From Candidatus Mediterraneibacter intestinavium (lineage in GTDB: Bacteria > Bacillota > Clostridia > Lachnospirales > Lachnospiraceae), in the NCBI GenBank assembly GCA_019119205.1, contig DWXK01000028.1, positions 929 through 64,928 on the forward strand: a DNA stretch of 64,000 nucleotides, read 5' to 3'. The translations under genes and the position numbers were made by a program. The notes under the pieces were generated by a model. That model saw nothing but the letters and a program-made list of their open reading frames with translations, was not told where the DNA came from and did no database searches. This document shows positions 51,229 to 60,501 of the stretch, piece after piece (the stretch's first letter is position 1; each line of letters begins with the position of its first letter).

Positions 51229-52176
51229 CTAGATATCCAGCTGAGCGATAACCTCTTTCAGCTTGTTCGCGCTGGACTGGAGTTTTGCAACTTCCTCGTC
51301 TGTCAGGCGCATCGGGATCTTGCCCTGTACACCGTTCGGTCCGACAAGGTTCAGGACGCTCAGGCACACATCGTCGATGCCGTACTCGCCGTGCATCATA
51401 GTGGAAACTGTCGCAACGGAATCGGAAGCCGCCAGGACGATGCTGCACAGCTCGCAGACAGAAACAGATACAGCGTAGAATGTAGCGCCTTTCTTTGCGA
51501 TGACCTGTCCGCCTGATTTGTGGACATACTCTTCCATTCCGTCTTTATCCAGCTCTGCAAGATCTGCTCCGTGAGCTTTCATTGACTCATAATAGTCGTC
51601 GATGTTCACGCTGGAGATATCTGCTCCTGACCACGGAACGAAGGAAGAATCTCCGTGCTCGCCGAATACATATGCATGGATATTTTTCTGTGCAACTTTA
51701 AAGTGTGATGACAGTCCGTAGCGGAGACGGGCTGTGTCGAGAAGTGTACCGGATCCGATGATCTGGTTCTCCGGAAGTCCTGAGATCTTTGTAAATACAT
51801 AAGTCAGAACGTCTACCGGGTTGCTCACGATGATATATTTTGCGTTCGGTGCCGCCTTCACGATCTCCGGTGTGATGGATTTGATGATATTAACATTTGT
51901 CTGAGCAAGTTCGATCCTTGTCTGTCCCGGTTTACGCGCGATACCGGAAGTGATGATAACGATGTCGGAATCTTTTGCATCCTCATAGTCTCCTGCGATG
52001 ATGGAGATCGGGCTTCTGAAGCAGGTACCCTGCTCGATGTCCATGACCTCTCCCTCTACTTTGTCCTTGTTGATATCGATCATGACGATCTCAGATGCGA
52101 TATCTTCATAAGAAAGTTTGAATGCGATCGTTGCTCCGACGCTTCCGGCGCCGATGATGGTGATTTTACTGCCCAT
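51229..52176 (-). CDS. mdh: LDH/MDH-family dehydrogenase, probably malate dehydrogenase
   Basis: GAGSVG, GIARKPGQTR (Arg at the specificity position), SNPVD, LDTAR, GEHGDS; heads the fumarase/fumarate reductase operon. Confidence 0.75.
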   Translation of the reverse strand: MGSKITIIGAGSVGATIAFKLSYEDIASEIVMIDINKDKVEGEVMDIEQGTCFRSPISIIAGDYEDAKDSDIVIITSGIARKPGQTRIELAQTNVNIIKSITPEIVKAAPNAKYIIVSNPVDVLTYVFTKISGLPENQIIGSGTLLDTARLRYGLSSHFKVAQKNIHAYVFGEHGDSSFVPWSGADISSVNIDDYYESMKAHGADLAELDKDGMEEYVHKSGGQVIAKKGATFYAVSVSVCELCSIVLAASDSVATVSTMMHGEYGIDDVCLSVLNLVGPNGVQGKIPMRLTDEEVAKLQSSANKLKEVIAQLDI

Positions 52177-52385
52177 TAGTTTTTCCTCCTTCTGGCTTTC
52201 TGTGTTTTTCTCGAATAAAGGGGCTGCTTTTCATTCTTACACATACCGTGTGCGAACTAAAACAAAAAAGAAACCTGAATTAATTCACAGTGTCATTTCT
52301 GTACCAAACCTTCATTGTATCATTAAATGCACTGTTTCATGGTCGTGACTCCTCACTTTAGAATTAATCAGATTTCGCTTTTTTT

Positions 52386-52414
52386 AGAATATCACATTGT
52401 TAATAATTTGTCAA
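52386..52414 (-). promoter_or_regulatory. Sigma-A promoter of the mdh-hdr-flx operon with an overlapping Rex-like operator
   Basis: TTGACA-17 nt-TATTCT; TTGTTAA-TAAT-TTGTCAA at 52397-52414 resembles the clostridial Rex box TTGTTAA-N4-TTAACAA. Confidence 0.6.
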
Positions 52415-52492
52415 CGTGCGTTTCTTGACAAATACAGGGGAATACAGGATAATAATTGCAGTTTAATCTTAATCATCAAAGGAGGCATTTCC

Positions 52493-52768
52493 ATGAGACA
52501 GTGTATGGATTCCGAAAATCTCCATCGCCGCCTGAAAAAGATCATCGGGCAGGTACAGGCGATCGACCGCATGATCGATGAAGATATCCCCTGCGAAGAC
52601 ATCCTATCCCAGATCAACGCAGCAAAGTCCGCTCTCCACAAAGTCGGGCAGATTGTTCTTGAAGGACATATAAATCACTGTGTGAAAGATGGCATCGAGC
52701 ACGGAGATGTGGAACAGACGATCGCCAGCTTTACAAAAGCTGTGGAACGTTTTGCAAACATGAAATAA
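52493..52768 (+). CDS. csoR: CsoR/RcnR family metal-sensing repressor
   Basis: RLKKI.GQ..AI..M, CEDIL.QI.A, H...C; 91 aa. Confidence 0.88.
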   Translation: MRQCMDSENLHRRLKKIIGQVQAIDRMIDEDIPCEDILSQINAAKSALHKVGQIVLEGHINHCVKDGIEHGDVEQTIASFTKAVERFANMK

Positions 52769-52868
52769 ATCTGCGTTTCCCGAGGATAAATGATCCGCGA
52801 ATGATTTCTTCTATAATAAAATAATCTATAATAATAAGATTGATATACATGCCGATATGCCGGCGCAG

Positions 52869-52894
52869 GAGTTCCATTTACGGAACTCTTTTTT
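52869..52894 (+). terminator. Intrinsic terminator after csoR
   Basis: GAGTTCC-atttac-GGAACTC followed by T6. Confidence 0.7.
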
Positions 52895-52942
52895 ATTATA
52901 TAGGACATTCCCCTGGACTCCCCTACAGGTCCCCCTCCGGGC

Positions 52943-52994
52943 TTGACAACCTATACCCCTATAGGTATATTATACTTATACCCGCATAGGTATA
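52943..52994 (+). promoter_or_regulatory. Sigma-A promoter with two CsoR-type operators
   Basis: TTGACA-17 nt-TATATT; TATACCCCTATAGGTATA at 52952-52969 and TATACCCGCATAGGTATA at 52977-52994. Confidence 0.8.
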
Positions 52995-53036
52995 TTTTGC
53001 GTTATTATTTTGTTAATAGCAGAATGGAGGAGCTTT

Positions 53037-54932
53037 ATGAAAAAACTGGAACAACTGTTAGAATTAGGTGGAACAAAACGGGATGTGATATTTCTCGTCA
53101 TTTCAGGCATCGCACTCCTGTCCAGCATAGCCGGTTTCCAGCCGTTTCCTTTTGATATGGCATGGATCGCTATTGTCCTCTGCGGTATCCCGATCATACT
53201 GGAAGCGGTCATCGGACTGGTCACAGCATTTGATATCAAGGCTGATGTACTCGTCTCCATCGCTCTGACCGCCTCGGTCATCATCGGTGAAGATTTTGCA
53301 GCAGGAGAAGTTGCCTTTATCATGCAGATCGGATCTCTGCTGGAAGACCTAACTGTCGCACGCGCAAGGGCAGGCATCGAGCGCCTTATACACCTGACTC
53401 CGCGGACCGCACGGAGGGTCACAGGCGACAGCGAGGAGATCATTCCCGCTGAGGAAGTCCTTGTAGGAGATACTCTTCGAGTCCTGCCTGGGGAAGCGAT
53501 CCCGGCAGACGGGGTGATCCTCTCCGGAATGACTTCCGTAGACCAGGCTGTCATGACCGGAGAATCCATGCCTGTAGATAAAGGTCCCGGGGACGATGTC
53601 TCCAGCGGAACTGTGAATCAGTTCGGTGCTTTTGAAATGAAGGCAGTAAAAGTCGGGGAAGACAGTTCTATCCAGCGCATGATCCGTCTCGTACAGTCTG
53701 CCGACGCGGGGAAGGCTAAGATCGTCGGCATTGCGGACCGCTGGGCGACCTGGATCGTAGTAGCCGCTCTGAGCGCTGCTGCCCTCACCTGGCTGATCAC
53801 CGGCGAGATCATCCGTGCAGTGACCATCCTGGTCGTCTTCTGCCCCTGCGCTCTTGTCCTTGCAACTCCCACAGCGATCATGGCAGCAATCGGAAATGCT
53901 GCAAAACATGGATTTCTTGTCCGGGAGGGTGATGCGCTGGAGCGTCTCGCAACAGTGACGCACATCGCTTTTGACAAGACCGGAACGCTGACCTTTGGCA
54001 CGCCTCAGGTAACTGCTGTTGTAAGCCTTCTCCAGGAATATACAGAGGATCAGCTCTACCGGTATGCAGCGTCTGCAGAACTGAACTCAGAACATCCTCT
54101 CGGGAAAGCGATCGTACGGTGCCGAAAAAAACAGAATGCAGCAGTTCTTCCCCAGCCGGACACATTCCATATGCTGCCCGGACGCGGCGTGTGCGCAGTT
54201 ACTGACGGGAGAGAGATCCTCGCCGGCAATCCCGAACTCCTTGCTGACCATGAGGCTGCGATACCGGAAGCGTTTTTCCGGCATGCTGCCAGCTATATCA
54301 ACAACGGATGTACTGTCACCTGGATCGCAGTCGACCGAAAAGCAGCCGGATTCATCGTCCTCTCTGATACACTGAGGCCGGACGCCTCCGCTATGGTCAA
54401 AGGGATCCGCCAGGTCGGCGTCTCACCTGTACTCCTCACCGGCGACCATGAGAACGCTGCCGCCTTTATTGCCGGACAGCTCGGAATTTCCGAGATCCAT
54501 GCAGCATGTCTCCCGGAAGATAAACTTCACTGGATCGATACCTGTCAGCAAAACGGCGGGCAGACCTGCATGATCGGGGACGGCATCAACGACGCTCCTG
54601 CGCTCAAGAGATCGTTTGTCGGGATCGCCATGGGGAAAGTGGGGAGTGACATTGCAGTGGATGCGGCAGATATTGCCCTTGTAGATGATGAGATCAAAGA
54701 ACTGCCTCATCTGCTGAGGCTTTCAAAGAGGATGATGACGACCATCCGGCTGAATCTTACATTTTCCATGGCGCTGAATTTCATCGCCATCATCCTTGCG
54801 ATCACAGGGATCCTGGACCCGGTTGTCGGCGCCCTTGTACATAACGCCGGATCTGTGCTTGTCATCCTTAATTCCGCATTTCTTCTCAAATGGAAAAGAC
54901 CTGCAGATCTCTCCGTTAAAAATTTCCGCTGA
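53037..54932 (+). CDS. Heavy-metal translocating P1B-type ATPase
   Basis: TGES, CPC, DKTGT, SEHP, GDGIND; no N-terminal HMA domain. Confidence 0.93.
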   Translation: MKKLEQLLELGGTKRDVIFLVISGIALLSSIAGFQPFPFDMAWIAIVLCGIPIILEAVIGLVTAFDIKADVLVSIALTASVIIGEDFAAGEVAFIMQIGSLLEDLTVARARAGIERLIHLTPRTARRVTGDSEEIIPAEEVLVGDTLRVLPGEAIPADGVILSGMTSVDQAVMTGESMPVDKGPGDDVSSGTVNQFGAFEMKAVKVGEDSSIQRMIRLVQSADAGKAKIVGIADRWATWIVVAALSAAALTWLITGEIIRAVTILVVFCPCALVLATPTAIMAAIGNAAKHGFLVREGDALERLATVTHIAFDKTGTLTFGTPQVTAVVSLLQEYTEDQLYRYAASAELNSEHPLGKAIVRCRKKQNAAVLPQPDTFHMLPGRGVCAVTDGREILAGNPELLADHEAAIPEAFFRHAASYINNGCTVTWIAVDRKAAGFIVLSDTLRPDASAMVKGIRQVGVSPVLLTGDHENAAAFIAGQLGISEIHAACLPEDKLHWIDTCQQNGGQTCMIGDGINDAPALKRSFVGIAMGKVGSDIAVDAADIALVDDEIKELPHLLRLSKRMMTTIRLNLTFSMALNFIAIILAITGILDPVVGALVHNAGSVLVILNSAFLLKWKRPADLSVKNFR

Positions 54933-55380
54933 ATGAGCTTCTTCCCTGGTATCTTGCGGGACCGAATGCGAGTATCATCGTAAAGATCGGTCCTGCAAGC
55001 CACAGTCCCACTCCAAAAAGTTTTCCTTTCCCAAAGCTGGAAGCCAGACAGATACAGTAGAGGAAATTGATCACAGCATAAGCAAGATTACAGAGTACAG
55101 CGATCACTCCAAAAAGGAAAAACAGTTCTGACATAGCCTCGAAGATCCCCGCACCCACGGCCAGTGCGAGCCACAGCCAGAAAACACGGGTATCCCATGC
55201 TATCTTATAAAAAGTATAGCTGTCATAGAACGGAATGATGCTCTTCCATCCCGGTTCCCCCGCCTTATTCAGCACTTTCCAGTCCGCCACGATCATAAGT
55301 ATCCACCAGACCAGCGAAAAGATCATGGAAAATATCCCGCCGATCACTTGAAACAGTGTAGTTATCAGTCCTCCAAGCAT
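54916..55380 (-). CDS. DUF5684-like membrane protein
   Basis: WK...KAGEPGWKSIIPFY, LA.SFGKG..FG.GL; hydrophobic. Confidence 0.75.
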   Translation of the reverse strand: MLGGLITTLFQVIGGIFSMIFSLVWWILMIVADWKVLNKAGEPGWKSIIPFYDSYTFYKIAWDTRVFWLWLALAVGAGIFEAMSELFFLFGVIAVLCNLAYAVINFLYCICLASSFGKGKLFGVGLWLAGPIFTMILAFGPARYQGRSSFSGNF

Positions 55381-55385
55381 ATCTT

Positions 55386-56060
55386 CTACCTCCCTAACTG
55401 CAGTTTTTCTTTTGTCTCATTCAGTCTTTCCCTGAACTCTTGATAAAATTCCTTCTCGTCCCCTTCATAGGGCTTCTGGAAAAAGATCCTCAGGATATAG
55501 ATACGGAGCGTCCGGGCATTCTGCTCATCCAGCTCTGTCAGCCCCTTCTCACAAATCTCCAGAAATCCATGCCACATCCGGATATATCCCTCATATTCCC
55601 TTATGTTCGGGATACCCAGCCATTTCTTTATCTTGATCTTGCTGCGGTTTTTCTTCCTGCACTCATGGATCTGAAGGAAATAGCGGAAACCGCCTTCTTC
55701 GTAGTATCTCCCCAGAGGGAACATCCTGCAGATGCCGGGGCGGTATCCATGCACAGAGCACCGCCCGTCCGGATCCAGGAAACGGCATGCATCCGACTCT
55801 TCCGTCATCTTGAGGTTTGGCAGGATCATTCCGTCTGCGATCCCCAGTTCCACATACCCGCTGTTCACAAGTTCTGAGAAATCCATCCCTGTCCCTCTGT
55901 ACAGCCGCCAGATATCCATAGGGTCCAAAATGATCGAGTTCCCCATCCCGTGGCAGCATGCCGAACACCCCTGGCAGTCATGGCAGTCTGTCCTTGCCAT
56001 ATCTTCTGCTGTGTAAAGCCTCCCGTCTGAAATCTCCCTCAGGTCAACGTTTCGTTTCAT
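55386..56060 (-). CDS. YkgJ/UPF0153 cysteine-cluster protein
   Basis: CQGCSACC, C.FL...GRC.VH..RPGICRMFP; start re-set to ATG 56060. Confidence 0.85.
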   Translation of the reverse strand: MKRNVDLREISDGRLYTAEDMARTDCHDCQGCSACCHGMGNSIILDPMDIWRLYRGTGMDFSELVNSGYVELGIADGMILPNLKMTEESDACRFLDPDGRCSVHGYRPGICRMFPLGRYYEEGGFRYFLQIHECRKKNRSKIKIKKWLGIPNIREYEGYIRMWHGFLEICEKGLTELDEQNARTLRIYILRIFFQKPYEGDEKEFYQEFRERLNETKEKLQLGR

Positions 56061-56955
56061 ATCTTTCCTGCTCCTCCAGTCTTCTCTGCACCTCCCCAAT
56101 CTCCGGGACCGCATCCGCCGCGCCTTTGGCCGACACTGCGATGGCAGAAGCCATAGCCGCCGTACGAAGCGCCTTCGCAGGATCCCCGGAATCCAGATAC
56201 TCAGTGATGAAATACCCGGTAAATGTATCTCCCGCACCCGTGGTATCAACCGTCTCCACAGGAAAGATCTCCTGCCGTACTGTCCATTCTCCGTTACAAT
56301 ACAGAGATCCCTGCGCTCCGAGCGTGAGCACGATCTCTGCCTGAGGATACATCTGCCTCATCACTCTTAAGATCCCGTCCGGATCCTTCTCCCCGGAGAG
56401 CTGCTCTCCTTCCACTTCATTCAGGATAAAAAGCCAGACTTTCTCAAGATCACATTTTCTCAGCCTGCCATCCATCGGCGATGGGTTCAGGATGATCTTC
56501 ATCCCTTTTTCCCATGCCTTGTCAATAATATAAGAAAGACTGCTGATCTCATTTTGGAGAAGGAGATAGTCCCCCGCCGCAAAAAACTCAAGGACTTTGT
56601 CAGCAAACTCCTCATCCACAGCCCGGTTTGCCCCGGGATACAGGATGATGCAGTTCTGCCCGCTGTCGTCCACCTGTATGATCGCATTGCCGGAACGCAC
56701 ATCACTTGTACAGATAAAGCGGGTGTCCACTCCGCTCTCTTCGCACACTGCCCTTAACAGGTCTCCATCCACTCCGACCAGTCCCGCATGAAAAACCTCC
56801 GCGCCGGCTCTCGCCAGAGCAACAGACTGGTTCAGACCCTTCCCGCCCGGACGGATCTCCAGGCTTTGGGACGTCATCGTCTCTCCCGGAGCGGCAATAT
56901 GCGGCACCCTGTATGTATGATCCAGGTTCAGCGAGCCAAAATTCAGTATCCTCAT
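56044..56955 (-). CDS. rbsK: Ribokinase (PfkB family)
   Basis: GSLNLD, GGKGLNQ, NEVE, DTTGAGDTF. Confidence 0.85.
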   Translation of the reverse strand: MRILNFGSLNLDHTYRVPHIAAPGETMTSQSLEIRPGGKGLNQSVALARAGAEVFHAGLVGVDGDLLRAVCEESGVDTRFICTSDVRSGNAIIQVDDSGQNCIILYPGANRAVDEEFADKVLEFFAAGDYLLLQNEISSLSYIIDKAWEKGMKIILNPSPMDGRLRKCDLEKVWLFILNEVEGEQLSGEKDPDGILRVMRQMYPQAEIVLTLGAQGSLYCNGEWTVRQEIFPVETVDTTGAGDTFTGYFITEYLDSGDPAKALRTAAMASAIAVSAKGAADAVPEIGEVQRRLEEQERYETKR

Positions 56956-57056
56956 GAAACTACTCCCTTAACACATAATTTTATAGAATATATTATTTAT
57001 CATTGATCATTTAAACACAGTGTAACATATCCGATACACAGTGGCAATCATCGCGC

Positions 57057-57110
57057 AAAAAACGGGGATATCTCCCGAACGGATCTGAACCGTTCAGAAG
57101 ATATCCCCGG
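57057..57110 (-). terminator. Intrinsic terminator after galE
   Basis: CGGGGATATCT...AGATATCCCCG stem with a T6 tract on the minus strand. Confidence 0.78.
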
Positions 57111-57136
57111 ATATGTTTTAAGATAAAGCGGTATGG

Positions 57137-58153
57137 CTAGTCATTATACCCGTTCGGGTTCTGGCTCTGCCATCTCCATGAGTCCTCGCACATCTCCTCA
57201 AGTCCTCTCTCTGCCGTCCAGTGAAGTTCTTCCTTTGCCTTGGATGCATCGCAGTAACAGGTAGCGATGTCTCCGGCACGGCGGGGTTTGATCTGATAAG
57301 GGATCTCTTTTCCGCATGCTTTCTCAAAAGCCTTCACCATGTCAAGGACAGAGTATCCTTTTCCTGTTCCCAGGTTATAGACAGATACGCCTGCTTTTTC
57401 TTTCAGTTTCTCTACTGCACGCACATGTCCGACCGCCAGGTCCACTACATGGATGTAATCGCGCACTCCGGTCCCGTCCGGTGTATCGTAATCATTTCCG
57501 AAGACGCCGAGGCACTCAAGTTTGCCGATAGCGACCTGAGTGATGTAAGGCATCAGGTTGTTCGGGATTCCCTTCGGATCCTCGCCGATCTTTCCGCTCT
57601 TGTGCGCTCCGATCGGATTGAAATAGCGGAGCAGGACCACATTCCACTCCGGATCCGCTGTATGCAGGTCTGTCAGGATCTGCTCCAGCATCCATTTTGT
57701 CCATCCATAAGGATTCGTACATGTCCCCTTCGGGCACTCTTCTGTGATCGGGATGAACGCCGGATCTCCGTATACTGTAGCCGAAGAGCTGAAAATGATA
57801 TTCTTCACGCCGTGGTTTCTCATCACATCGCAGAGAGTGATCGTACCGCCGATGTTGTTCTCATAATATTCCAGAGGCTTTACAACCGACTCTCCAACTG
57901 CTTTGAGCCCTGCAAAATGGATGACAGATTCGACCTCTTCTTTGTCAAACACTTCATTGAGCGCTTCTCTGTCCCGAATATCCGCCTCATAGAACTTCAG
58001 GTCTTTTCCCGTGATCTCTTTTACTCTCTCGAGTGCTTTCGGGGAAGCATTGTACAGATTGTCGACAACGACAACATCATATCCTGCATTGAGCAGTTCC
58101 ACGCATGTATGGCTTCCGATAAATCCGGCGCCTCCTGTAACTAAAATAGACAT
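57137..58153 (-). CDS. galE: UDP-glucose 4-epimerase
   Basis: [47 protein letters not shown]. Confidence 0.97.
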   Translation of the reverse strand: MSILVTGGAGFIGSHTCVELLNAGYDVVVVDNLYNASPKALERVKEITGKDLKFYEADIRDREALNEVFDKEEVESVIHFAGLKAVGESVVKPLEYYENNIGGTITLCDVMRNHGVKNIIFSSSATVYGDPAFIPITEECPKGTCTNPYGWTKWMLEQILTDLHTADPEWNVVLLRYFNPIGAHKSGKIGEDPKGIPNNLMPYITQVAIGKLECLGVFGNDYDTPDGTGVRDYIHVVDLAVGHVRAVEKLKEKAGVSVYNLGTGKGYSVLDMVKAFEKACGKEIPYQIKPRRAGDIATCYCDASKAKEELHWTAERGLEEMCEDSWRWQSQNPNGYND

Positions 58154-58338
58154 ATCATTTCCTCCTTCAACTTACTGCTGTCTGCGGTTATCTTTTTCTG
58201 TAAGCTCTGATCTTCCGCTGTGCATCTCTATCGCTTACGTTTACAGTATAGCACAGCAGGACACAGACTTCTTTATACTTTTCACCCATCTTATGGTAAA
58301 AATGTTGCATGATCATCCTCCATGCAAAAACCGCCCGC

Positions 58339-59262
58339 CTATTTTTCCCACAGATCCTGAGGATATATCCCCGCATCTTTTAAAGACTGTATCGCCTCGA
58401 CGACAACCGGTTTATCTTCCTTATAGGTCACGCCGTACCATTTGTCTTCTGACTCCAGCACGGTCACAGACGCCCTGTCTTCTGCCAGAAGCCCGCTGAC
58501 CACAGAGGGGAGATAGTACTCGCACTTCATCGGATTTTCTGAAAGCCCTTTTTCCAGGAACCCGGGGAATCCTCTCCGTATCTCCTCCATCATGCTCTGT
58601 GTAAATCCCCACATGTTCATGGACACAAGGGTATCCGGATCCAGGCTGATCCATGTTTCACCGTCATCCTCAGAGTATGCAATGCCCCCGTTCCTTTTCT
58701 CGATCCTTGTTCTCTCGTTGATCGCCACGAGATGTTTTTCCGGATCCAGTTCGCACACGCCCCGGGAGACATGCCCATTGTCGGTGACAGTGTTCTTCAG
58801 GCGGTACCCTACCATCGTGTAGCGATATTTTTCGTCGTCCTCATGTGTCGTCAGATAATCATAGATCACCTGAAAAGCGTGGCGTCCGTAGTAGTCATCC
58901 GCATTGATCACGGCAAACGGCCCATCCACCTCGTCCATCGCGCACAGCACGGCATGGGCTGTACCCCAGGGCTTTACACGTCCTTCCGGCACCTGGAAGC
59001 CCTCCGGGATCTTATCGATATCCTGGAAGACATAGGCGACGTCCATCACCTGTTCCATCCTGTGCCCTACCGCTTCCTTAAAATCCTTTTCATTCTCTCT
59101 TTTAATGATGAACACAACTTTCTCAAATCCGGCGCGTTTTGCGTCAAAGATCGAGAAATCCATGATGATATGCCCCTCTCTGTCCACCGGGTCGATCTGC
59201 TTAAGCCCGCCGTAACGGCTTCCCATCCCGGCAGCCATGATAACTAAAACTGGTTTTTTCAT
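58339..59262 (-). CDS. Sugar-phosphate nucleotidyltransferase family protein
   Basis: MAAGMGSRYGGLKQ, KPWGT.HA, INADDYYG, VSMN.WG, W.GVTY. Confidence 0.85.
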   Translation of the reverse strand: MKKPVLVIMAAGMGSRYGGLKQIDPVDREGHIIMDFSIFDAKRAGFEKVVFIIKRENEKDFKEAVGHRMEQVMDVAYVFQDIDKIPEGFQVPEGRVKPWGTAHAVLCAMDEVDGPFAVINADDYYGRHAFQVIYDYLTTHEDDEKYRYTMVGYRLKNTVTDNGHVSRGVCELDPEKHLVAINERTRIEKRNGGIAYSEDDGETWISLDPDTLVSMNMWGFTQSMMEEIRRGFPGFLEKGLSENPMKCEYYLPSVVSGLLAEDRASVTVLESEDKWYGVTYKEDKPVVVEAIQSLKDAGIYPQDLWEK

Positions 59263-59339
59263 ACCTGTTACCTCCGTTGATCTAATTTTACTTGTTGTCA
59301 ATATAGCTTTCTGCTTATCCGACAGTTTTTGGCACAGAT

Positions 59340-60278
59340 TTACCATCCTCTGTATATCGATATGTCATATTCTGCCTTTTCTTGTTTATTTTTTCTCCAT
59401 TCGAGCGGTGACATCCTGACAAGTTTCCGAAAGTTTCTGTTAAATGTAGAAGCTGTGTCAAATCCTACTTCCGATCGTATCTCGTCAATCGTCTTCCGGG
59501 TCGTTCTCAGCGCGTGGCACGCCGCTTGTATCCTCACCAGATTAACATATTCCAACGGAGAGATGTTCATCATATCCTGAAACATCCTTCTGAGATGTGT
59601 TTCACTCACATGACACAACTCAGCCAGATCTGAAATGCAAATATTTTCAGGATAATGGGCAGATATGTACTCCAACACAACACCAAGCCGATTTTCTTTC
59701 CTACCCCGCTCTGGTTCGTCCGATATTTCCTCGCCCGGTCCGGAAAGCCTTGCCATCATGACAAGCAAAGCCTGCAGAAGCCCCTTTACGCTTTCTTTAT
59801 AAAAACTCTTTCTGTCCCTCATTTCATCCAGTATCTGCCGGATCAGAACTGCTATTTCCGATTCCTCTTCCGCAGAACAGACTCTGCATTTTTCCTCGAT
59901 CCGCTCTCTCAGCAATGTGCCCATAGAACTATGGTCATCACGATAGAAATATTCCAAAAAGCCATCCATATCAACAAACAGATATTCCCACCGCTCTATC
60001 CTTTCCGGATTGCTCCAGGTCCGATGGATCACATTTTTGGGTATGATAGTAAATGTGTCATTGCCATAATCATAAATCTTATCTTCTGACACGATCCGGC
60101 CTTTTCCATAATAACAGTAACCGATCTCAAGATAATTGTGGAAATGCAGTGAATCCGTGCCATAATTTGTGATCCACCTTTCACCCAGAAGGGGCAGCAC
60201 ATAGGAATCTACCGGCATTTCATAATACCGGTACTCTACTTTGTTTTGCTTCTCTTTCTGCGGTAACTCTTCTTTCAT
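59340..60278 (-). CDS. AraC family transcriptional regulator
   Basis: LHFHNYLEIGYC cupin and C-terminal HTH (VGF...STFNRNFRK); start uncertain. Confidence 0.88.
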   Translation of the reverse strand: MKEELPQKEKQNKVEYRYYEMPVDSYVLPLLGERWITNYGTDSLHFHNYLEIGYCYYGKGRIVSEDKIYDYGNDTFTIIPKNVIHRTWSNPERIERWEYLFVDMDGFLEYFYRDDHSSMGTLLRERIEEKCRVCSAEEESEIAVLIRQILDEMRDRKSFYKESVKGLLQALLVMMARLSGPGEEISDEPERGRKENRLGVVLEYISAHYPENICISDLAELCHVSETHLRRMFQDMMNISPLEYVNLVRIQAACHALRTTRKTIDEIRSEVGFDTASTFNRNFRKLVRMSPLEWRKNKQEKAEYDISIYRGW

Positions 60279-60424
60279 TTTCTCTTTCCTCCATACCACA
60301 GATATTGTACCACTTCCATACGAACCGCGCCATATAAAATTCTTTTCCGCCGTCATTCTACACCTTTCAGAAGCAGCGCACAGAAAAACCTCTATATTGC
60401 ATTTTCAAACATAACAGACAAGAC

Positions 60425-60469
60425 AAAAAGAAAAACACATCTCCAAAATGGAAGTATGTTTTTCTTTTT
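60425..60469 (-). terminator. Probable terminator after the beta-galactosidase gene
   Basis: AAAAGAAAAACA...TGTTTTTCTTTT AT-rich inverted repeat. Confidence 0.5.
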
Positions 60470-60501
60470 CGTACTATATTCGTTTTAGTATAATGAGATT
60501 A

